From Glycera tridactyla (lineage: Eukaryota): DNA of 64,000 nucleotides. Made by a program: the position numbers and the translations under genes. The notes below the pieces were generated by a model. That model made no database searches and was not told the DNA's origin. It saw nothing but the letters and a program-made list of their open reading frames with translations. Below are positions 53,986-64,000 of the stretch, piece after piece; the stretch's first letter is position 1, and the number at the start of each line of letters is the position of its first letter. The stretch spans positions 29,884,001-29,948,000 of the forward strand of contig OZ286464.1 in assembly GCA_965644265.1 (NCBI GenBank), in the 5' to 3' direction.

Positions 53986-56523
53986 CGCGTGAGTGCATGT
54001 GGAGAGGGATTCTGAGTCCATGTGAGGGTCTAGAAGATTCGATGACTGCTTCCTGATCGCAAGATGCACTGGTTCGGAAGTTTTCTAGAGACTTCTGAGT
54101 CGAACAATTAACATACACACGTGGGGATGGGTAGAGAAGTATGCAGCTAAGTGAGGAGACAGTATGGAACCGAGTAGAAGGATGAATCCCGGCGTGGTTA
54201 GGTAGGTGCACATATGACACTTGATTGCTTGATAGGTTTGGATCTGAACAGGAAGTACATTGGAGATAAGTCGGTCCACAAATGGTTTGTGGTGATGCCT
54301 GGATGGGACAGATTTAGGTTATTGATCATATGGCACAGGGTTCACCATATACCTTGGTGGATATTTAGTCAAGGATAACGGTTTTGGGGTTAATATCAAC
54401 AGTCAGTCAATCAACAGAGAATTAATCTGGTTCGTCTGGCTAGTTGCAATGGACAGGTCATATTGACACCGATTTCGAACGCCATCTTGAGGGAAACGAT
54501 CAAACTCTATCCTGAAAGTATCAGCGTTCATTTCTCTATTACGGAAAGTCGAATAACCCTGTAATATACAATTAACATGAAAACCCGTGCAAGCACTAAA
54601 ATGGAAATCAGGATTCTTCAATAAATACTAGAATTCTGAATGGACGCGGTAAGACCTGAAACTCTAGAAATGGGAATATGAGTTCTCCTGGTTTCATCAA
54701 GATATTTGTATTGGTCATTGCTCTGGTTCCATCAAGATGTTACGTATTAGCATTTGCTCATATTGTATTCGAACAAGCGCCGAAATCCATCTTCTAAACT
54801 CCTGCCCTTTATACTTTATGTCTGTTTCTTAGCTTTCCAAAAAGGTCATACGGATGAAAGCTACATCTAATACCGTTGAAGAGGCAATTCCGCTGTGACC
54901 GGCTGTGAGGTCACATTACTAACGAGGTCACTGAGGCATGCCTGTCTAGTGGGCCAAGGGATACGCACGAAGTTAGCCCATCTGAGTGGGGATTGACCTA
55001 GCAGAACCGAAATACCATATGGTGTGTGTCAACCTAAGCCCTGTCCATTCAAACTAAGTGGTATGACTTAGTCGCTCCCATTGAATCATATCTGTATTAA
55101 TCCTCATGATCTACATTTTGATTCAGACACAACTGCAGGGTTGAGGATGAAGGTGGTAAATAAATGATATAATGCTACAGACTTATCTGTATATCTGGAT
55201 TTTGGAGTTACTGGAACATGGTCCATCGGTTCGGGCTTGGTCGAAATTGTATAGATATGGGTGTGAGGGCACTGAAGGGAGCATTGTTGCTCTGTAGACA
55301 TGGTCTCGGCTTACCAGAGTGTGATAATATGTGTGAGGTAGAGTCTATCCCAGAATAGCAGCCTGGTGGAGGAAACGAGAGGCTCTTTTATGGGGCCCCT
55401 ATCTTCTCCTCTAAAAGGCCAACAGCAATAACAATCAAGCGGATTGGTGTCAACCCCAGCTATATATCGCAATTAAACGACATCCCTTGCCTGACCTCAC
55501 ATATCCCAACGACATGCTATCTAAAACTACAGGCATATCAATATATCCATCTCCCATCGACCTAATTGAGAAGGTGTGCCCTCAAGGTGTGAAATTTCAA
55601 GACACCTATCTATCTCTACCTGCATACTGTCCTTTTTCTACTTCATTGCATATATGTTGCCTGTTGTTTGTATAATGTATACGGAGAGGGGAAATATAGT
55701 CTTAAGACACCCTCTTCCCTGAACGGAAATAACGGAAGAAGCCCGATGTTCACAAAGCAGGCACACAAGAGAAGAGAAAGGTCCTTGAAAGGTCCTAGAG
55801 AATATAATCGCTTTTGGAGAATTAGTTTGCAGATTCTCTCATGCCATCATCGTCAAATCAATTTTTGTGTATAAATTTGTTGCTATCTGAGAAATGACCG
55901 TTTTGGAACCTGTATCTTTTCTTCAGGGAAATTGAGCAAGTGGGCAATCAGAACAATTCGATCCACTGATCATCTCGTTTTTGGTAATGACCATCAATGT
56001 GGCTTTTTCCAAAAATGTCATTGCTCATAGAAACATGTACCCCCCTTTTCCGATGATTGGGGCCCTGTGAGATCACATGGCAGGATCTCTGAGTGGGAAA
56101 TGATTCCTCATATTCAATCTTCTTCTGGGCTGGCCTTGGTCGAGTGACAATCGTGCTTTCAAGGTGTGTATGAATACAAACCCACTTGTGTCATGCCCGC
56201 CATGCATACTTATCGTGGAGGTTATCCACATGCTTGTCCAATGAGAGAGTGTGTCAGGCTGGAGGTAGAGCAACATCATTGCGAACAATGAAGAAAGTCT
56301 CATGTGTGGGAATGCATGTGCTCGAGATAGCTGATTAAGCAAATTCTCCGAAATGCACTTCAGCACTCTTGTCATCAATGCAATGGTAACATCACTATCT
56401 TCCACCTATTGAATCAGCTGGTCATTCAGCTCATCCTAATATGTTGTACAATTCACTCATTCAAGATTCTTCATTGCAATGATTGTCGTATCTTTTTTTC
56501 TGCAATAATACTGCGATATAAGC

Positions 56524-56700
56524 AAATGGAAATGGTGTTGTTTTAGGTCCACTTTCTGCACTTGAGTAGGCTAAATCGGACCACCTGCTAAGGAGGAGCG
56601 AAGATGAAGGGTGAACATTCCTGCATGGTAGACCCAGGGATTGAACCCCGGACCCATTGCATGCCAGCCCAGTACGCTACCACTGAGCCACCACTCTTCC
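56524..56700 (-). mobile_element. tRNA-derived SINE (tRNA-Ala-like head)
   Basis: The minus strand has A box TGGCTCAGTGG, CTGGCAT in the anticodon-loop position, B box GGTTCAATCC, then a non-tRNA body and the tail AAAACAACACCATTTCCATTT. The acceptor stem does not pair, so it is not a functional tRNA. Confidence 0.75.
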
Positions 56701-57589
56701 GCAACTTTTTGATGATATCGAGCTACTCTATCCACATTTTTCATCAAGTCCATATACGAATCGCCATAATTGGTCATGGAGATCAATTTCTCATTCCCAT
56801 GTATTGTTGATATTATATTCACTAAATCAGTAGATGGACATGCAGCGAATGTGACTGCTCGAAGACTTTCTGCTGAGCCACTAGTTCTACATAATTATGC
56901 CTCCCACCCATATATGATTGCTCAGGAATAAAGCTTCACAAAAGATCAAGTCCAACAAAAATTGAAATAAGAAATTATAATTGCACACAATACAGACACC
57001 TGATACATTTTTACTTGTACCAAACTTTACCTGAACTGGACACTTCGCCATTCAATCAGGCATTTATTTCCGACCAAATTCATTCGAATCTCTTTCTCGA
57101 TTACACGGAGTGACGTACCTATGTCGCCAACGCAGCCTGCTCAGTGTCCTACTATCACTTTCATGCAGTTTTTCAAGCCGGCTCCGGGGATTCCATTCTG
57201 ACAATAGAGAAGAATATATGGGTTATGTTGGCATAAGGTTGCGTCATACATCATAATCGGCGCTGCATCTGGCAGTCGTGAGAGATGTTACTCTCTCCTC
57301 CCTATTCCAGTGTAGTGCCTTCATGGAGTAGCCACTTCATCACTACCAATCGCATGAATCATAGCCAACTCTGTTACATTTGCATATCCTAGCGATACCT
57401 AGTCTTACCTACATGACGGCAAATCCCACCTGAAGAATGTCGACCACTATACCACCCACGCAATGCTAAATCCTGATGATGTATGGCATATTATGGTGCT
57501 GTCAGAAGGATGAGAGATGGGAATTTCATATAATACATATATATATATAAGGGAGTTCACCATTCGATACCCGAATTCACCATCAATAA

Positions 57590-58060
57590 TACATGTTGTG
57601 GGTGTGGGTTCGTTGGTGTTGATAGTGATGCAGTGATGGTGGTGTTAGTGACGGATGTGGTGGTTGTCGGGGTGGTGGTGTTGTTTTTAATTTGGGGGTC
57701 CCGAGTGGCAGTGTTATTTTGTGTTGGCTTGTATTGGTGGTACTTGTGGTGTAGAATAAAGTCCCTGGCGAAGACGGCACCTGTGGTGGGGATGATTGAA
57801 GATGATGGTGGTGGTGATGATGGCTAATGTGGTGGTGGTAATCACGTTGGAAACGGTGACGATGATACCGGTTGTCATGTAATAGTTGCGTGAGGGTAGG
57901 TTGGTGGTGTTGATGTCAAGATTGAAGATGGTGACCGTATCCCAAGTGCTGAGGATGGTGCTAGTGCTGGTGTAAATGGCGGGATTGGCCTTGCTAGTGT
58001 GGTAGAATGGGCAGTGCAACAAATTGTGGTGTGACGGTGATGACGCTTATGGGGGGTGCG
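57590..58060. repeat. Degenerate (GGT/GAT)-rich low-complexity tract
   Basis: Dispersed GGTGGT/GTTGT runs. Confidence 0.65.
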
Positions 58061-58409
58061 GTGGCTGAAATTCTTTGATTATATATCTCATCGTAGTCAT
58101 GGTGATTCTGGTACTGCTGTCAAAAAGCATGCCTGCAAATGACATGCACAGAATGAAATCATGAATTATTCATGCCAATTTACACGAAAACCATACTCTA
58201 GCACTCCCATACAGCAGCAGATCACATTTTGGTCTTATCAGATTTACATCACATGAATCAGTAATGAATCTACTACTCAGGCAATCTACTGGTAGTTGAA
58301 TGAGTCTGGTTTGGTCTCCCTGGAGTCTGACTTATGTGTGTGGCGCTAGACATAAGACCTCTGTTGCAAGCCTATGCCCTATAACATTACTGTAGACCAT
58401 TCATATCAG

Positions 58410-58752
58410 AATGGATGATTGGATGAATGAATAAATGAATAGACGGGTGGAGAATTGAATGAAAGGATGAGTGAATGAGATGATATGACGATAGATGCAT
58501 ATATGAACAAATGACTGAATTACAAATTGAATGGATGATCAACTGACGGATTGACCGATTGAATGACTGACTGAATGGGTGAATAAATGAAAGAACGAAT
58601 GAGTGAATGACTCTATAAGGCAACCAAATAATTAATCAATAGATCCATACATACAGAAATGAAAAATTGATTGAATGGGTGGATGAATCAATGAAAGAAT
58701 GACAGAATGAATGTATGATTGATCAGATTGATGTATGAATGAATGAATGAGT
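58410..58752. repeat. Degenerate (ATGA/TGAA)n tetramer tract
   Basis: TGAATGAATGAATGAG, GAATGACTGACTGAATG... Confidence 0.8.
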
Positions 58753-59189
58753 GTAGGATTGACTAGCAATGACTATATATCCCCAGATTGTGCACAACTA
58801 TTGGCTCCTTCTGCTATCACATCCGGTCAGTATGAGCCTTGAAGTGCACATTATAAACATGTGAATATATTGCTATCAGATATGATCCACCATATATGCT
58901 ATATATCACTCTTCTGTGTGATAATATAGGTCTTGTCCTTATATGTGTAGTCAAAAGTGTCCCTCCCTACTGATATATTACCCAAGGTCCTAAAAAGATC
59001 GACCCTCACATTCATCGTGCTCTAATTATGATGTATTTGCCTTATATCGCTATATATTTTCCATGATTATGGGGCATGCGCCAGTCATATAAATCCATGG
59101 GGTCATCATTCTCTTTCGAACAAATATTTTGCATGATTCACAACTTCACAAATAATCCGCCAGTCAGCCATTTACCCACTCACTCTCAG

Positions 59190-59290
59190 AGAAAGAGAGA
59201 GTGAGTGGAGAGAGAGCGAGAGAGAAAGAGAGAGACAGAAAGAGAGAGAGAGAGGGAGAGGGAGAGAGGAAGAGAGAAAGTGAGAGAATT
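59190..59290. repeat. (GA)n microsatellite
   Basis: GAGAGAGAGAGAGGGAGAGG... Confidence 0.9.
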
Positions 59291-59458
59291 TGCCGACCAC
59301 GTGAATCCTGATCTACACAACAACATACCCCATTCATCCTTTACAATAAACCATCATCCGTTCTTCTGTACAATAATACAACGATGATCCGCTGAAAGAT
59401 CACCACAACTTCGATATTGTATAAGGGGTCTGGATTGTATCTTTAATAGAATGGACAG

Positions 59459-59607
59459 TACAGTCGAACCTACTTGATAGACTGCCACTCTATAATAACT
59501 CCTTACTTAGAAAGGCCACTCTTAGCTGCGACCATGATATTATCTTCAACAGTGAATGGACTCTTATTAAAGACTGAAGGTTACATCAATAGACAGGTTC
59601 GACTGTA
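59459..59607. mobile_element. 149-bp Tc1/mariner-pogo-like MITE with TA TSD
   Basis: Perfect 13-bp inverted ends TACAGTCGAACCT (59459-59471) and AGGTTCGACTGTA (59595-59607), including the TA. Confidence 0.8.
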
Positions 59608-62600
59608 TAATGATCAGTTTCTACTCGTGACAGCGTATCCCACGCCAAGTTGAAGTTAGGGCCAAGATTGAACATCATTCCCCAGTAAGGAGGGGAATGG
59701 TTCATACTAGCTTCACCAAAACAGAATCACTTCTGACAAGCAATGTTATCTGTCTACACTGATTCAGAATATTGATCAACCATTAGAGGTCACCAGTGGC
59801 AAAAATTACGTGTTCATTCCGTGGCGTTGGGTGAAGAACGAGTCGAGTTATTGGGAGAAATATAGATTATTCCGAATATTTACATTGTTGTGCTACTCTC
59901 GTACTGTGTCCTATATTTAGGGATGATTGTCGGGTGAATTATAGGCTTCGAAACCGGCCCAGAACATGATGAGAATAGGGAGAGGTCTGACGGATGGAGG
60001 CTGATCTATGATGATGATGGAGCTGTCTCTCTTTTACCACAATTGCGCAGACAGAATGACTTCATCCAATATAATGGCCATCACGAAACTTCTCAATTGA
60101 TTGGAAGACCGATTGACTGATGCGCCACTGCTGGACCGTTTCACTGAAAATGTTGGATTGTAGCAACTGCAGCCTTCCTCGAGCATCTCAATGTGAATTT
60201 CTTTTGACCAGATACATCCACTCAGGTTATCAGTTTTATTGAAATGGACCTACTGCAGCTTCTGCGTGGGCACGTGTTCTAGCACTACGTTGATGATTTC
60301 TTGCTGGCGGCCGAGAAATTGATCAGGCCATCACTTTGTCCATTACATTGGAATCATCCCAGCATGGTTCAGACCGCGGGCTAAATTCACAGAATCGGTG
60401 AATGGGATAACACGCTTCGGGTGTTGTGAAACTTACCACATCAGTTTGAACAATCGTTGACATTTCTTAAGACATACAAGCGCCATGAATCACCATGTCC
60501 CATTTACAGATGCAGTATACATTCCTGAAACATTTGAGAGAAGTTGACGAAATGGGTGCGACCCAGTATGAGACCATCATCATCGGATCTATCCTAATAT
60601 CACATCGGTCAAAATCAAGATCCCGACTGTTAGATTTTGAGATCAGCATTGGCAACCCACATGTCCAACTCGGAGGCTCAATTCTTCATTTTATTACAGC
60701 AAGCATAGATGAAAAATGGTGCGAAAACTAGATGATACATTATTGAGGACAGGGAGGAGCAGGGGGGTGAGGAGGAGGAGGGGGAGAAGAAGAAGCGGAA
60801 AATAAAGTAGATGAAGGAGCAGGAGATCACAATTAAAGGACACAATCTTAGCCGGTCCAGAGATCTCGTGCTAAGAGCAATGGTGCGTTTGCTGAAGTTT
60901 AACATTCCCAAATATGTGTGAACCATGACATAGGCCTATACTATTTGTTGAAGACAATAAAGGCATGCGCGTATCATTATCATGATCCATACCAGGACCG
61001 CCTAAAGTAGACCAATTGCATGGTCGCCACAATATAGCACATATGGCGCTGACTTGCCGTTGAGCCAGAACAACCGACCGCCAAAAGTCGGCTGAGTAAC
61101 GTTACAAAACATCCGGCGCTCAAATTCGATTTGCTAGTCTAAATCCGAAGTTGCTTTGCGCTATCTCCATCTTGATGAGAATTAAGCATACAAAAACGTT
61201 GCTGAATTACAATACCTCAAGCAACATCAAGCGGCTGGAATGAAGCAGATCTCAGCGAAATGAATATCCAAATGAACTGGCTCGTGGCGTTTCCTCAGAA
61301 TTCACTTTTCGATTTTCGAACTTGTGATGCCGCCATATTGAATTCACCAGCACTGAAGATGTCAGTTAGATAACACATGAGATATACCTGATAAAATCCA
61401 TCAATTTCCTAGACCATGGACAGGCTACTAGAGATAAACATGGGTAATGCCCTGTATCCGATTTTCTTTCAGCCATCCTTACGAGCAGTTAATGTGTTCT
61501 CTATTCTATACTCAGATATACGTATTAGCTATTTTTGGAACCGTAATACAGCAAAGTAAGGCGTGAATATGTTATGTGTTCCAGATATATAAAACATGGA
61601 TGCCCTGTCCTCTCCAGGCATCACAAAACACCCTACGCGAGTGATAGGTTGGGAGATAAAGTTCAGATGGACACACTGAGGATACCAGGCTGTGAACCAC
61701 TACATTTACATTGACTAAAAAAGAATGTATGGCTTGCTTGAAGTGGCCGTCATTGAGTTGTGGTGATATATGGGTTTCCCTGCCTAAATAAGTGAGCATT
61801 TGAACATGCCATGTCCATTATTCCAAGCAGTCCTCCTCGCTTACGCCACCTGTATTCGGCATGGGTCCATTGCCGCCAATTCAACCAATACAATCAAAAC
61901 ACATGGAGGATTGATTGATTGATAGATTTGGGTTTCTCAGAAACGATCATTGAAAATAAAGTTATTCGTTGATTTGAAAACATATTATCTTTTACTTTTT
62001 AATGTTTGGTACTTTTTCATTTTTTCTTGGTGGGACCCCCCCCCCCAAAAAAAAAAAACACTTCTCCCCGGGAAGTTCCTCCACGAAATAATAGAGTGGA
62101 TCTTTTACTTGCATGCAGCATAGACGCTAACTCATATGATTCGCTATGGGAAACCCAGATGGCAGCACTGAATAAACATGATTCACATCCTTAAGAACAC
62201 TACGATCCCTACAAACATCCTATGAGATTTCTGACTACAATCTATCTATCCAGTCTCTCCATGTTTCCTACATTGATATTGGGTTCTTATTGGCTATGAA
62301 TCAACACATTCGAGAAGTTTTTGGTTAATAGTCTGTTGACGGCTGGATCGAGATCACGCGGCATACATAATCATCCGACTTGGTGAATGCCGTTAACTCA
62401 TTTCTTCATTCCATCATTTCATCTATCAACTGCTAGTGCAATCATTGATCTATCTATCGAGCTAACCACTCATGCATGAAGCAAATATGTGCCTTTATGG
62501 TGACATAGATAAAGTAACATTTGTTAGATTCTCTGACGTTCAATGTGTTCAGTTTGGACGTCATGACTACCGGTGTGAGATTAGTGTTGTCTCTTAGCAG

Positions 62601-62859
62601 CAATCAATTATACAGCCCGCCTCAATCCATCATCTCATGTTATGCTTGAATGATTCTATCTATGAAGAATGGTTTCGTATATTCCTCATGTCATTGAATT
62701 TCTGCCTTATTTCTGCTCATCGTACTTCTCTCTCTTGTGCTTACACGTTCTTTCTCGTGCTCCACCTCGCGCCACAATCAAGACGCCATGTTGTGTGTCC
62801 CTCCTACTTCCGCTTCTCTTAGGATCTATCTCCGCCTCTCCCTCCTCCTCATCAACGTA

Positions 62860-63420
62860 TTCCATCATCATCTTCTTCTCCTATTCCCATTTTCTTCTTC
62901 TTCTTCTTCTTCTCTTTCCTTCTCTCCATTTCTTCTCTTTCTTCTTTTTCTTCTTCCTCTTCTTCTACTTCTTCTTCTTTTTATTCTTTCCCTTTCCCTC
63001 TATCTCCCTCTCATGTACTGCTCATCGTGCTGTCTCTCTGTCTATTCTTTTTTTCCATCTACCATCCCAGTTTTAATGTTCCAACTCCGTGTGCACTGTT
63101 CCTCCTGCGTCTTCTGCCCACCCCTTCCCTGATTTCAACTCCGCATTACCTCCCCATCTCGTCCATTTGTTTCATTGCTCATTCCCCACCTTTATTGCTG
63201 TGGCTGGTATCTTTATTCTAACACAGTTTGATTAGGAAGAAAAACGATAAGATAAAAACGGGAGGATGGTGAAGGAGGAGGATAGGAAGCAGTAGAAGAG
63301 GGAGAAGGAGAAGGAGGAGAAGGAGAAGAAGAAGAAGAAGAAGAAGAAGAAGAAGAAGAAGAAGAAGGAGAAAAGTGGAAAAGGGAGACGGAGAAGACAA
63401 CGACAGTGGAGATGGTGAGG
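62860..63420. repeat. (CTT)n tract and oppositely oriented (GAA)n tract
   Basis: CTT-rich at about 62860-63000 and GAA/GGA-rich at about 63270-63420. Confidence 0.85.
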
Positions 63421-64000
63421 ATAAGATTAATGTTGGGGTGGGGGGGGGGGGGAGAAAAAGAGCAGATATGAGAATGTGACAGTTCTTGATCATGGTGACG
63501 ACGAGGGTGATGACGATGATGACAATGTTTACGGCGANNNNNNNNNNNNNNNNNNNNNNNNNNNNNNNNNNNNNNNNNNNNNNNNNNNNNNNNNNNNNNN
63601 NNNNNNNNNNNNNNNNNNNNNNNNNNNNNNNNNNNNNNNNNNNNNNNNNNNNNNNNNNNNNNNNNNNNNNNNNNNNNNNNNNNNCGACGACGACTGACCT
63701 GAATGAAAGAGACAGTCAGCGGCGATGACTGGACCTGGTGGACACGATATTATTCGATCAATCAGCTCCTGGTGAAATAGGATCATTCCCTGGGGACAAA
63801 AATCCGGAGATATTGATCAGATGTCCTCCACAAATGATGGATCGACTGTTGTTTCATTGTGTAATGAGCTATATCAAAATACAGGTTGACAGAATGCCCC
63901 CATTCCACATTGATGTCCATCTCTAGTACACCCTCCTGAATGTGGCTCTGACTGAAATGAGTGACGACATAGGTTGATCTCCCTGGAATCCTCAATTTGA

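Larger units (their letters stand above)
1927..63684. other. Ten assembly gaps (N runs) scattered across the window
   Basis: N runs at 1927-2170, 2577-2864, 14991-15149, 16914-17088, 19906-20134, 33045-33191, 36463-36609, 38359-38505, 46939-47221 and 63538-63684. Four are exactly 147 N. Most abut microsatellites, as in short-read scaffolds. Confidence 0.95.

Noticed and set aside
56630-56700. Functional tRNA-Ala gene
   Set aside because: The acceptor and T stems do not pair and a SINE-like body and tail follow, so it is annotated as a SINE.
60270-60320. HYVDDFLLAA, an RT-like motif
   Set aside because: It is preceded by a stop and there are no other RT motifs nearby.
33045-63684. Four gaps of exactly 147 nt (nucleosome-length coincidence)
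   Set aside because: This is a scaffolder placeholder length, not biology.
1792-63786. Long ORFs spanning N runs or microsatellites (poly-H, -M, -V, -C, -D/E)
   Set aside because: Their length comes from Ns or trinucleotide repeats rather than coding signal.

Overview
Repeat-rich eukaryotic DNA from a gapped draft assembly. The TE families and microsatellite spectrum suggest an invertebrate metazoan, possibly a marine lophotrochozoan (inference only). I found no intact host gene, rRNA, true tRNA, CRISPR array or prokaryotic operon; almost all listed ORFs are noise, microsatellite read-through or N-run artefacts. Supported content: six decayed non-LTR retrotransposon fragments (CR1/L2-like at about 11.3-12.6, 39.3-40.1, 45.5-46.8 and 50.7-51.1 kb; RTEX/Proto2-like at 15.15-16.45 and 18.0-19.5 kb); a Helitron helicase relic with its canonical 3' hairpin-CTAG end (29.56-30.2 kb); several MITEs (Harbinger-like, TA-CAGT Tc1/pogo-like, a long foldback); a tRNA-derived SINE; a near-perfect 576-bp tandem duplication; older local duplications; a 30-bp minisatellite with codon-like divergence; many microsatellites; and ten N-gaps. 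I cannot claim a new biological system. The most intriguing leads are an apparent GATC excess in old non-TE DNA relative to the better-preserved LINE copies, the decapeptide-like minisatellite, and two promoter-like motif clusters with no recognisable gene. All counts and alignments were done by eye.
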